Shown here piece after piece: positions 52,001 through 64,000 of a DNA stretch of 64,000 nucleotides. This DNA comes from Lytechinus pictus (lineage: Eukaryota), in the NCBI RefSeq assembly GCF_037042905.1, contig NC_087251.1, positions 21,268,001-21,332,000 on the forward strand, read 5' to 3'. The position numbers and the translations under genes are program-made. Within the stretch, counting starts at the first letter, position 1. Every line of letters starts with the position of its first letter. The notes below the pieces were generated by a model. The model worked only from the letters and a program-made list of their open reading frames with translations, had not been told where the DNA came from and made no database searches.

Positions 52001-54590
52001 TCTCCTACAGTTTAAGGGGCAAGTCCAGTAGGCACATCATTCATAGAACACCATCTCCCAGACAGAAATAACTACATTTTTACAAATACTCAATATAAAA
52101 TAATAATATGACTGGGCGTTCCGTTCTCCTACAGTTTAAGGGGCAAGCCCTGTAGGCTCATCATTCACAGGACACCATCTCCCAGACAGAAATAAACTAC
52201 AATTTTACAAATACTCAATATAAAATAATAATCTGACTGCGCGTTCCGTTCTCGTAAAGTTTAAGGGGCAAGCCCAGTAGGCTCATCATTCACAGGACAC
52301 CATCTCCCAGACAGAAATAAACTACATTTTCACAAATACTCAACATAAAATATTTATATGACTGGGCGTTCCGTCTCCTACACTTTAAGGGGCAAACTCA
52401 GTAGGCTCATCATTCAAAGGACACCATCTTCCAAACAGAAATAAACTACATTCTTTCAAATACTTAACATGAAATAATTATCTGACTGGGCGTTCTGTTC
52501 TCCTATAGTTTAAGGGGCAAGGCCAGTAGGCTCATCATTCACAGGACACCATTACCCAGACAGAAAAAAAGTACATTTTTACAAATACTCAATATATAAT
52601 AATAATATGATTGGGCGTTCCGTTCTCCTACAGTTTAGGAGCAAGCCCAGTAGGCTCATCATTACCCAGACAGAAATAAAGTAAATTTTTACAAAATACT
52701 CAATATAAAATAATAATCTGACAGTGCGTTCCGTTCTCCTACAGTTTAAGGGGCAAGCCCAGTAGGCTCATCATTCACAGGACACCATCTCCCAGACAGA
52801 AATAAACTACATTTTTACAAATACTCAATATAAAAAAAAAATCTGACTGGGCGTTCCGTCCTCCTACAGTTTAAGAGGCAAGCCAAGTAGGCTTATCATT
52901 CACAGGACACCATCTCCCAGACAGAAATAAACTACATTTTTACAAATACTCAACATAAAATAATTATATGACTGGGCGTTCCGTCTCCTACACTTTAAGG
53001 GGCAAACTCAGTAGGCTCATCATTCAAAGGACACCATCTCCCATACAGAAATAGACTACATTCTTTCAAATACTTAACATGAAATAATTATCTGACTGGG
53101 CGTTTCGTTCTCCTATAGTTTAAGGGGCAAGGCCAGTAGGCTCATCATTCACAGGACACCATCTCCCAGACAGAAATAACTACATTTTTACAAATACTCA
53201 ATATAAAATAATAATATGACTGGGCGTTCCGTTCTCCTACAGTTTAAGGGGCCAGCCCAGTAGGCTCATCATTCACAGGACACCATCTCCCAGACAGAAA
53301 TAAAGTACATTTTTACAAATACTCAATATAAAATAATAATCTGACTGGGCGTTCCGTCCTCCTACAGTTTAAGAGGCAAGCCAAGTAGGCTCATCATTCA
53401 CAGGACACCATCTCCCAGACAGAAATAAACTACATTTTTACAAATACTCAATATAAAAAAATAATCTGACTGGGCGTTCCGTCCTCCTACAGTTTAAGAG
53501 GCTAGCCAAGTAGGCTTATCATTCACAGGACACCATCTCCCAGACAGAAATAAACTACATTTTTACAAATACTTAAAATAATAATCTGACTGGGCGTTCC
53601 GTTTTCCTACAGTTTAACGGGCAAGCCCATTAGGCTCATCATTACCCAGACAGAAATAAAGTACATTTTTACAAAATACTCAATATAAAATAATAATCTG
53701 ACTGGGCGTTCCGTTCTACTACAGTTTAAGGGGCAAGCCCAGTAGGCTCATCATTCACAGGACACCATCTCCCAGACAGAAATAAACTACATTTTTACAA
53801 ATACTTAAAATAATAATCTGACTGGGCGTTCCGTTTTCCTACAGTTTAAGGGGCAAGCCCAGTAGGTTCATTCATAGAACACCATCTCCAAGACAGAAAT
53901 TACTTACATTCTTACATATACATAGTATTTTTTAAATACACTAATTATGGGGTTAACACAGTCGGCTCATAATTCACAGGACACCATCTACCAGACAGAC
54001 ATTGACTACTTTCTAAACATGAATACTAATAATAAAAAATACACTAATATGGCTCGGTAATCCGTTATCCTATATATGGTTTAAGGGGTTATCACAGTCG
54101 GCTCATAATTCACAGGAAACCATATCCCAGATATTAACTACATTCTTAAAAAATACCCAATATAAAACAGTAATCTGAATAAGATGAGCTTTCCGTTGTC
54201 CTACAGTTTTAGGTTAAAGCCCAGTAGGCTCATCATTCACAGGTTACCATCTCCCAGATAGAAATAAACTACATTTTTACAAATACTTAAAATAATAATC
54301 TGACTGGGCGTTCCGTTCTCCTACAGTTTAAGGGGCAAGCACAGTAGGCTCATCATTCATAGGACACCATCTCCAAGACAGAAATTACTTACATTCTTAC
54401 ACATACATATCCTTATTTTTTTCAGAAAGAACTAAACTACATCCTTGCAAACACGTATGATTTAAAAAAAATAATCTGAATGGGGGTTTTATTCTTCAAT
54501 TTAAGGGGCAACGCAGTGTATTCATCATTCACAGGACACTATCTCCCAGAAAGAAAATATCCAACTCTTTAAAATAATCTGACTAAGCAC
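49065..54590. repeat. ~124 bp tandem satellite, roughly 40 units (homogeneous core 49615-53900)
   Basis: Unit CTGACTGGGCGTTCCGTTCTCCTACAGTTTAAGGGGCAAGCCCAGTAGGCTCATCATTCACAGGACACCATCTCCCAGACAGAAATAAACTACATTTTTACAAATACTCAATATAAAATAATAAT. Confidence 0.97.
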
Positions 54591-55476
54591 GTTCTGTTCG
54601 CATTCAGCTTATAAGTATCTAGACTATAAGGCTATTTATTACATCCATAGACCTGTTAGGGTTTATTTAGTTTTACATGTTGGATTATGTGCTTGGATAA
54701 ACGTGCCGATTTTCCATCGGAGCAAATGTCGCCGAATAAAATGTCATTAAAACAAAATATCAGGCGACTTGAAGGAAGGAAAATAAAACTTTTTATCACA
54801 TTTTTTATTCCCAAGTACTGTAATACAAAGTCTTAATGTTGAGCACAATATATGGCCATGTTTACAATACGATTTTTGTTATTACCGTTTATTAGAATCA
54901 CTTGATTACTTATTCTGTTTCGTAAGTTGATGTGTTTTATTCTTTAATTCTTTAATCCCTAGTTAAGAGGTTTTAACTGTAACATTAAATGACTGAATAA
55001 CAGTTGTGCAAATCTTGTACATTGATATATGAGCGAGCGAAGAAAGCAACGCGTTTTTGTGAATTTTATATGGAAGACTGAATGGTGTGCAAAGTCGTAA
55101 AGATGAAGATTGAAGAGTCAAAATCTATTAAAATAAAACTCGTCTCCTTCTCCTCAAAAGTGAGAAGACAATAGAAGGAAATGTGATAATGATTACAAGG
55201 AATGAGGAGGACATGATTTACATTAGCTATCACACGTCATAATATAAACTCACGTAAAAGCGTGGACATAGTACATTGATGCAAATGAAAAGGGAAACAA
55301 TGCCGAAATTAAATATTTTGAATAATCTTTAACATCATATTCAGATATGACAGAACATTAGGCATTCTAAACAAAATATCATTCACATTTAAGATATTTA
55401 GTTTAGATTTTTTATAATGCTATTTTAAGTCTCTTATGTGTTGTTAAGTCCCTTTTAGTTGATAGAATCTATATAA

Positions 55477-55999
55477 ACAAGTGGAACGCCTCCGGCAGTC
55501 TCACCTGCATTACGCGATTTGATATAGCAGCAGCACTGACTTTGAAAACAGCTAATGAATAATTATTCACAAAAGAAAACATTCATACGATAATAAAATA
55601 CTGTGTACATTGACCCATGGCCTAAAACTTAAGCAGAATGTTCAGTATAAATACGTGATTGCCCTCATGTCCAAGTTTTATTAACTAGGCTCATATGACG
55701 ACATTTCAAAAACTTAACCTTGGTTAAGATTTCGATTTTGATTCCCCCAACATGGTCTATGTTCATTTACCCTAAATGACCTTTAACCTTGGTCATGTTG
55801 CCTGAAACTTAAGCAAGATATTTAGTAATACTTAGTCACCCTTATGTCTAAGTTTCATGACCTAGGTTCATATAATTTTTAACTTATGATGACATTTCAA
55901 AAACTTCACCTAGGTTAAGATTTCAATGTAGACGAGTCCGCCGCCGTCGCCGTCGGAAAAGTGGTGCCTATAGTCTCGCTCTGCTCTGCAGGCGAGACA
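55477..55999. mobile_element. Helentron/pearl-type element, family A (short copy)
   Basis: Family A termini. Confidence 0.8.
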
Positions 56000-56039
56000 A
56001 AAATAACTCAAAGATACGTTAAATATTACTGTCTCAAGT

Positions 56040-59000
56040 GTTTTTATAACGTAATTGATTTCATCTTCAGTTAAGGGCAAAGGTATATGGAAATTTAATA
56101 ACTCACTTCTTAGAGACGACATATCTAAAGAAACAATCAGAAATATTATAAAGAAAGTGAAACTAGAAAATATAAACTATAATGATCAAATGTTATGGGA
56201 TTTATGCAAGATAAAGATCAAATAATATGCAATGAAATACTCAAAGACAATACAGAAGGATAGAAACCAAATATATCATACCTCGCAAAGTAAACTTGAA
56301 ATCCTTTCGAAAGCAAATGATGCTCACCCGAGAGACAATAATCTCACTGAACTTAACGATGTTACTAAGCAGATTGATAAATTAATTGAAGATAAATGTA
56401 AAGGTGCCTTTGTGAGATCCCGTGAAAATTGGATGGAAGAAGGTGAAAAAATCATCAAAATATTTTTTCAAATTGGAAAAAAGGAACGCGATAAAGAAAC
56501 ATCTAGACTTTTTGAAATGGGATAAAGATGTCATTTTTGATGAAGAAGCCATTTTAAAAGAAATCTATGAACACTACCAAAATCTATATTCAAATAAGAA
56601 TAATGTTCTTGTAACAGAAATATATGATTATTTGAATGATGTTGAGTTTACTACCCTGTCGGAAGAAGAAGCTGACCTTTGCGAGGGTTTACTTACAGAA
56701 TCCGAGTGTTACAAAGCATTGAAGTCAATGAAAGGTAACAAGACTCCAGGTAGCGATGGACTATCAGCAGAGTTTTATCAATGCTTTTGGCAAGATATAA
56801 AATATATGGCTATCAATAGTTTGAAAGAAGGTTACAGAAATAATAAGTTGTCAGAATCTCAAAAGCAAGGTATTTTGATATTGTTACATAAAAAAAGGTG
56901 ACAGAGGTTTACTTGACAATTGGCGTCCTATATCACTTCTAAACATCGATTACAAAATTGCAGCCAAAGTCATTTGTTCACGTCTTCAACGTGTTATCGA
57001 TGATATCATTTCTAAGGATCAAACTGGTTATCTAAAATTGCGTTCAGCTTCAGAAAATGTTCGTTTAGTTGAAGATGTAATTGATCTTTGTTCGCACCTA
57101 AATCTTCCAGGTTATTTCATTTTTTTAGATGTCAAAAAAAGCTTTTGATAATGTTAACCATCAATTTTTATTTCAGTTATTACATAAATTAAAATTCAAG
57201 AATTCATTTATTAATTGGATTAAAGTTCTGTATTATTATGCTTCCGGTAGAGTGATTAATAACGGTTGGATGTCACAAAATTTCAAAATAGAACAAGGTG
57301 TAAAACAAGGCTGCCCACTCTCAGCCTTACTGTTTTTATTAATTGCTGATGTTATGGCAAGGAAAATAAAACAAGTGAAATGCCTCTGGCGGTCTCACCT
57401 GCATCACGCGATTCAATATAGCAGCGGTGCTGATTTTGAAAACTTCTATAACTCGCACGAGATGTTCAGTGATACATGTACTTGGTTACTCTTATTTCCA
57501 CGTTTTATGAACTAGACCAATACACTTACAGAGATATGATGGCAATTCAACAAATACCCCCAACGTGGCCAAAGTTCTTTGACCTTACATGACCTTTGAC
57601 CTTGATCATGTGACCTGAAACTCGCACAGGATGTTCAGTGATACTTGATTACTCTTATGTCCAAGTTACAAGAGTCAGATCCATAAACATTCAAAGTAAT
57701 GATGGTAATTCAACAGATACCCCCATTATGGCCAAATTTTATTGACCTTTGACCTTGGTCATGTGACCTAAAATGCGCACAGGATGTTCAGTGATACTTG
57801 ATTACTCTTATGTCCAAGTTTTATGAACTAGACCAACACACTTTCAGAGTTATGATGATAATTCAACAAATACCCCAATTTGGCCAAAGTTCATTGACCC
57901 TAAATGACCTTTGACCTTGATCATGTGACCTGAAACTTGCACAGGATGTTCAGTAATACTTGATTACTATTATGTCTAAGTTTCATGAATCAGATCCATA
58001 AACTTTCAAAGATATGATGGTAATTCAACAGATACCCCCAATTCGGCCAAAGTTCATTGACCCTAAATGACCTTTGACCTTGGTCATGTGAGGTGAAACT
58101 CATGCAGGATGTTCAGTGATACTTGATTAACCTTATGTTCAAGTTACAAGAGTCAGATCCATAAACATTCAAAGTAATGATGGTAATTCAACAGATACCC
58201 CCCAATTCGGCCAAAGTTCATTGACCCTAAATGACCTTTGACCTTGGTCATGTGAGGTGAAACTCATGCAGGATGTTCAGTGATACTTGATTAACCTTAT
58301 GTTCAAGTTACAAGAGTCAGATCCATAAACATTCAAAGTAATGATGGTAATTCAACAGATACCCCCATTATGGCCAAAGTTTATTGACCTTTGACCTTGG
58401 TCATGTGACCTAAAATGCGCACAGGATGTTCAGTGATACTTGATTACTCTTATGTCCAAGTATTATGAACTAGACCAACACACTTTCAAAGTTATGATGA
58501 TAATTCAACAAATACCCCAATTTGGCCAAAGTTCATTGACCCTAAATGACCTTTGACCTTGATCATGTGACCTGAAACTTGCACAGGATGTTTAGTAATA
58601 CTTGATTACTATTATGTCTAAGTTTCATGAATCAGATCCATAAACTTTCAAAGATATGATGGTAATTCAACAGCTACCCCCAATTCGGCCAAAGTTCATT
58701 GACCCTAAATGACCTTTGACCTTGGTCATGTGACGTGAAACTCATGCAGGATGTTCAGTGATACTTGATTAACCTTATGTTCAAGTTACAAGAGTCAGAT
58801 CCATAAACATTCAAAGTAATGATGGTAATTCAACAGATACCCCCATTATGGCCAAAGTTTATTGACCTTTGACCTTGGTCATGTGACCTAAAATGCGCAC
58901 AGGATGTTCAGTGATACTTGATTACTCTTATGTCCAAGTATTATGAACTAGACCAACACACTTTCAAAGTTATGATGATAATTCAACAAATACCCCAATT

Positions 59001-61150
59001 TGGCCAAAGTTCATTGACCCTTAATGACCTTTGACCTTAATCATGTGACCTGAAACTTGCACAGGATGTTTAGTTATACTTGATTACTATTATGTCTAAG
59101 TTTCATGAATCAGATCCATAAACTTTCAAAGATATGATGGTAATTCAACAGATACCCCCATTCGGCCAAAGTTCATTGACCCTAAATGACCTTTGATCTT
59201 GGTCATGTGACGTGAAACTCATGCAGGATGTTTAGTGATACTTGATTAACCTTATGTTCAAGTTTCATGAACTAGGTTCATATATTTTCTAAGTTATGAT
59301 GACATTTCAAAAACTTAACCTTAGGTTAAGATTTTGATGTTGATTCCCCCAACATGGTCTACGTTCATTGACCCTAAATGACCTTTGACCTTGGTCATGT
59401 GACATGAAACTCAGGCAGGATGTTCAGTAATATTATTAACACTTGATTAACCTTATGGCCAAGTTTCATGAACTAGGTCCATATACTTTCTAAGTTATGC
59501 TGTCATTTCAAAAACTTAACCTCAGGTTAAGATTTGGTGTTGACGCCGCCGCCGCCGCCGCCGCCGTCGGAAAAGCGGCGCCTATAGTATCACTCTGCTA
59601 TGCAGGTGAGACAACAAAACGATAATATTTAAGGAATCATTATTCCAGGAGAAAATGGAACCCAGTGTTCAGAAAAAGAAATCAAAATATCACAGCTTGC
59701 TGATGATGCAGTAAGTTTTGTGAGTTTTGTTAATTCCGGTAATATTGCGAAAGAAGATATAAGGCAATTTGGAGAAATTGCAGGCCCTAAACTTAATTTA
59801 ACAAAAACTCATGCAATGTCCATCTTCCCTCAAGATGAAACCTTAAGAGATATACAATGGACAAATGATCTAGTGAAATACCTTGGTATTTTTGTAGGAA
59901 CGGATAAACGTAAAAAAGAAAGAATGAATTGTGATACAAAATTAGTTAAAATTCAATCTATAATGAACATCTGGAAAATGAGAAATTTAACTATATGTGG
60001 CAAAATAGTAATACTTAAATCTTTGATAATATCACAGATTGTTTACCCTGCAACTGTAATACACGTGTCAAACAACCTGGCACGTGAATTAGAGAAAATG
60101 ATGTATACGTTTATTTGGGGCTCGAAAAAAAGAAAAGATAAAACGAAATGTTTGTATTAATTCATTTCATAAAGGAGGATTAGATATGATAGATTTAAAT
60201 TCAAAATTATCTTCATTGAAACTTTCATGGATTTCAAAATATTTAAAATACGATGATCAACCATGGATGTACTTGTTAAAATTTTGGACAGCAAAGATAG
60301 GACCGATGCCTTTGTGTCTCCGTTTCAATTGTTCTAAAAAAGATATGTTAATTTTATGTATGAAAAAGCAAATTCCATCCTTTTATACAGATCTATTATG
60401 CTCTTGGTATGACATACAATTTACTGAATATCACAATATTAGTAGTATAAAACACGAAATGTTATGGTATAACAGTCATATAAAATTTGAAAGAAACCTT
60501 TTATATTTCAACAGATGGTTCGACCACAACATATTTTATGTTCACCAATTATTACGTAATCATGCCTGGAAACCTTCCGAAGAAATATTTGAAATAGTAG
60601 CATGTAAATCACTTTTAGTCGAGTTTGAATATTCAAAGCTAAAAAGATCTGTTCCAGCAGAGTGGACTAACAGATGTGACACCTTATCTTCAAAGCTTCC
60701 AGAAGATCTTTTTGAAATCAGTGGAGGAGATATTGTAAATTTAAAGAACATGAAATCAAAAGATTTTTATGTTTTACTTGTAACCACAAAAAAATCTGAT
60801 CCACACTTTATACAATACTGGCAATCTAAATAAGGATTACCAGTAGACTTTGAATGGCAAAATGTTTTTAATTTCAAACTAAAGTATTTAAAGCAAAACA
60901 AGATTCGACAATACAACTTGAAAATGCTTCACAATTTATTACCCTTTAAATTCAATTTATGTCGATGGAAATTAGCTAATGACACATCTTGTATGTTCTG
61001 TGAAGAAACTTTTGTTCATATTACGTTAGAATGTAATCCTGTTGCCAATTTTTGGATAAAGATAAATAATTCTCTGCAATTTATGTTTAAAATCACAATT
61101 CCTATTAACGAAACGACTGTTAAGGTCTTAAACTGTAAACTCTTGCTATA
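56040..61150 (+). mobile_element. 5'-truncated, decayed L1/Tx1-clade LINE ORF2 (RT plus C-terminal zinc knuckle), split by an insertion
   Basis: Motifs in order: GIWKFNNSLL, KTPGSDGLSAEFY, NWRPISLLNIDYKI, KKAFD, GVKQGCPLS, SQLADD, KYLG, CMFC.ET..H...C. Frameshifts and stops. Confidence 0.93.
57371..59613. mobile_element. Helentron/pearl-type element, family A, expanded copy (~12 units)
   Basis: Family A termini. Removing it restores the LINE reading frame (ARKIK|QNDNI). Confidence 0.88.
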
Positions 61151-61158
61151 GTGTAACT

Positions 61159-61686
61159 CCGCATACATTCGTAATTCCGAAGCTTCGTTATTCCGAAGGT
61201 TCGGTTATTCCGAAGGTTCGTAATTCTGAAGGTTCGTTAGTCCGAAAAAACGAAATGAGGTTCGTAATTCCGAAGGTTCGTTAGTCCGAAAACGAAGTGA
61301 GGTTCGTAATTCCGAAGGTTCGTTAATCCGAAAAAGAAATGAGGTTCGTAATTCCGAAGGTTCGTTAGTCCGAAAACTAAATGATTAACTAACCTTATTT
61401 CGTTTTCGGACTGACGAACCTTCGGAACAACGAACCTTATTTCGTTTTCGGATTAACGAACCTTCAGAACAACGAACCTTATTCGTTTTCGGATTAACGA
61501 ACCTTCGGAACATCGAACCTTATTTCGTTTTCGGATTATCGAACCTTCGGAATAACGCCACAAATGTTCGGATTAACGAACCCTTTTACGTTTTCGGATT
61601 AACGAACATCGAGGTATAGGCAATTTGCGTGTTTCGGAATTACGAACCTTCGGAATAAAGAACCTTCGGAATTACGAAGTGTAACC
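61159..61686. mobile_element. Foldback MITE built from short TTCCGAAGGTTCG repeats
   Basis: Forward repeats at 61168-61375 and inverted repeats at 61390-61680. GTGTAACT at 61151-61158 and 61687-61694 is a candidate TSD. Confidence 0.8.
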
Positions 61687-62089
61687 GTGTAACTGGCTCC
61701 CTAGCTTATTGAAAATGTGTCCAGTGTGTGCGCGCACTGCCTCTGTGTTGTTTGGTACCATTTGTTTGTACACCAACGCACCGGATGCACGCATAGGATC
61801 CACTGCATCCACTGCATGCACACGTACACGATCGCCTATGATTTGCTCTAAATGAAAAATATGCTGCATTTTTTTACCAGGTTATTATATGTCTTAAATC
61901 TCTTTTATTTTGTGATGAGAAAGATGTGTTTTTTCTAAAACGGACTACAACTCCCCACCCCAAAAGAAAAACGTAAGTAGTTGGAAAAAAGAAAAATACA
62001 GAGTGTTTGTGCGTGAATATTTTATTGAAGCGATATTCTCGCATAAACTCCCAATAGTAGAGCGGATTAGCTCCAAAAATCACAACAAT

Positions 62090-63685
62090 TGTGCAAATTT
62101 TGACTAAAGCATGAAACTTTCACAAGTATTAGTATATGCCGTAAGATTTATTTTAAAGATGGGAGGTAAATTTTTAAATGCCATTTTCGGCCGTTGCCAT
62201 GGCAACGGATTAATTTCTCCAAAACAACATACATTCCCATGTAAATGGTAAATAAACATGATATAGATGACCAAAATGATAATTTTCAGGCTCCCGATTG
62301 AATACATATGAAATTTAGAAATATTCAAGATCATCAAGATAGTTCCAATTGGTCCGTTGCCATGGCAACGGCTTGTTTTTCCCCAGAAAAATAAAAACAT
62401 TTGTTTGAAAAACCTTGTAGAATATGATTTATCTTTAATTTCCCCTAATTTTACAGTGCTTAACAAAGATATTTTGGTTGCTAAATGTGTAAATTACATC
62501 TCAAGCCATTGCCATGGCAACCAAATATAAACTAGTTTACAAAAATAACATGGTTGACAAGACAATGGACAGGTGGAAAATACAATTGGAATTGACTTTA
62601 ATCTGTATGCTTAAGTTTTGACCCCCTCATTTGAACAAAATATACAAAAAGTGTTCTGCAGGAGTTCTTTATAAAGATACAAAATTTTGTTCCCTTGGTT
62701 ATGCTTGAATTAAATTTAAAAAGGAACAATTTTACAAAGGGCCTGTTGCCATGGCAACAGCTTATTTCTCTCTAGAAAGGTAAAAATATTGATAAAAATG
62801 TAGAATACATGTACGGTATGATCATCATTCCATTTTCCCAAATTTAAAGGTACTAATCGAGATATGTTTGTGACTAAATTTATAAATATAACATCTTAAG
62901 CCATTGCCATGGCAACCAAATAACATCTAATTTTTTTTTTAAAGTGGATGATAAGGTTAACAACAGGTGAAAAATACAATGAATATTAACTTAATGTACA
63001 TGCGTAAGGTTTGACCTACTCAACTAATTTAGGGGAAAATAATACAGTCAGTGTTCTGCATGAACTAATTAAAATGATAAACATTGATGTTGCCTTGGTA
63101 ATACTTGAATTCAACGATAAATATCAATGTTCCAAATGGCCTGTTGCCATAGCAACGGATCATTTACCCAAGAACAGTACCAGTTTTGATTTAAAAAAGG
63201 ACTGTATAATTTTAGGATTAGAATAGATATGTTTGCTGTTAACATGCAAATAATATCTAAATCCATTGTCATGGCAACCAAATAACATCTGATTTGAAAA
63301 AAATATATAACATGGTTGACATGATAATGGACAGGTGGAAAATGCAATTTATAACAATTAACTCAAGGTTTGACCCAGTCATTTAATTTTGAACAAAGAT
63401 TACAGTGTTTCGCATTAGTTCATTAGAATGATGAAATTTGAGATTGCCTTGGTAATGCTTGAATTTAATGATAAATATCAATGTTGCATATGGGCCGTTG
63501 CCATGGCAACAACTCTTTTTTCCCCAAGAAAAGCACCAAACTTGATCGAAAAACAGTTTAGAATCTGCATTTTGTCATAAATTTCCCCTAATTATAGGGT
63601 GCGAAGCATAGATATGTTTGCTGTTGATGTACAAATAACTTAGGCCATTGCCATCAATGCCATGACAACCAAATAACATCTAATT
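62090..63685. repeat. ~350-400 bp tandem units carrying GTTGCCATGGCAAC palindromes
   Basis: Perfect palindrome at 62193, 62356, 62745 and 63497. Variants at ~62508, 62903, 63143, 63264 and 63657. Confidence 0.8.
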
Positions 63686-64000
63686 CAGTGGCTTAATTTG
63701 GTTTCTATTCAATGGTTTTCAGGGTGAAGTAGTACATTGGGACTAGTTACAAGGACAGCTCGTGGTCTGACGTGTCCAAAACCCTAAGACGGCTTCCAAA
63801 AATGGAGTTTTAAATGGCTGTTGATGTATAAATGGACATAGCTCATTTCATATCCGTCTGAGATATATTATTTTGGTGTCTAGACCATGGTTTCAATGGT
63901 CAAATAATACACTATGACAAGTTGAACGGACAGTCAGTATATAAAAAATCCAAGATGACTTCCAAGAATGGAGTCTAAAATTGCTGTTGCTGCATTGAAA

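Noticed and set aside
49615..53900. CRISPR-like array, or a tandem micro-exon array (each unit has CTGAC...TTCTCCTACAG|17 nt|GTAGGC)
   Set aside because: Whole units repeat with no unique spacers and there are no cas genes. A 17-nt exon would cycle frames and hit TAA, so it is not a coding micro-exon array.
56040..61150. Active or domesticated reverse transcriptase gene
   Set aside because: Multiple frameshifts and stops, no endonuclease domain or ORF1, and a 2.2-kb insertion.
61944..61955. ACTACAACTCCC (ZNF143/THAP11-type promoter motif)
   Set aside because: A single short match among repeats, with no adjacent gene start visible.

Overview
AT-rich, intron-containing animal DNA. The repeat families suggest an echinoderm, most likely a sea urchin (inference). 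Two nuclear genes for mitochondrial proteins lie in tandem on the minus strand. MRPS18A is complete, with 5 coding exons (45323->24241). NDUFAF5 has its first 5 coding exons here (17756->6038); no later exon was found, so the gene probably continues off the left end. All exons were reconstructed by hand with GT/AG boundaries and consistent phases. The rest is a dense, often nested set of mobile DNA. It includes at least five Helentron/pearl-type non-autonomous families with internal 140-165 bp tandem arrays, TTAA (Kolobok-like) and TA (Tc1/mariner-like) MITEs, and a Sola2-like element. There are also two ~2.1 kb long-TIR elements with intact 8-9 bp TSDs in MRPS18A intron 1, a solo LTR, a decayed hAT transposase, L1/Tx1, L2/CR1 and I-group LINE remnants, and a ~124 bp satellite with higher-order structure. 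The most unusual item is a ~410 bp module at 20970-21382. It joins a Penelope-type minimal hammerhead ribozyme motif to an inverted-repeat-bounded, short-variable-arm tRNA cloverleaf with a UCA (UGA-reading) anticodon. Also notable are a ~190-aa in-frame basic N-terminal extension on NDUFAF5 and a C-terminally shortened MRPS18A. No prokaryotic systems or CRISPR arrays are present.
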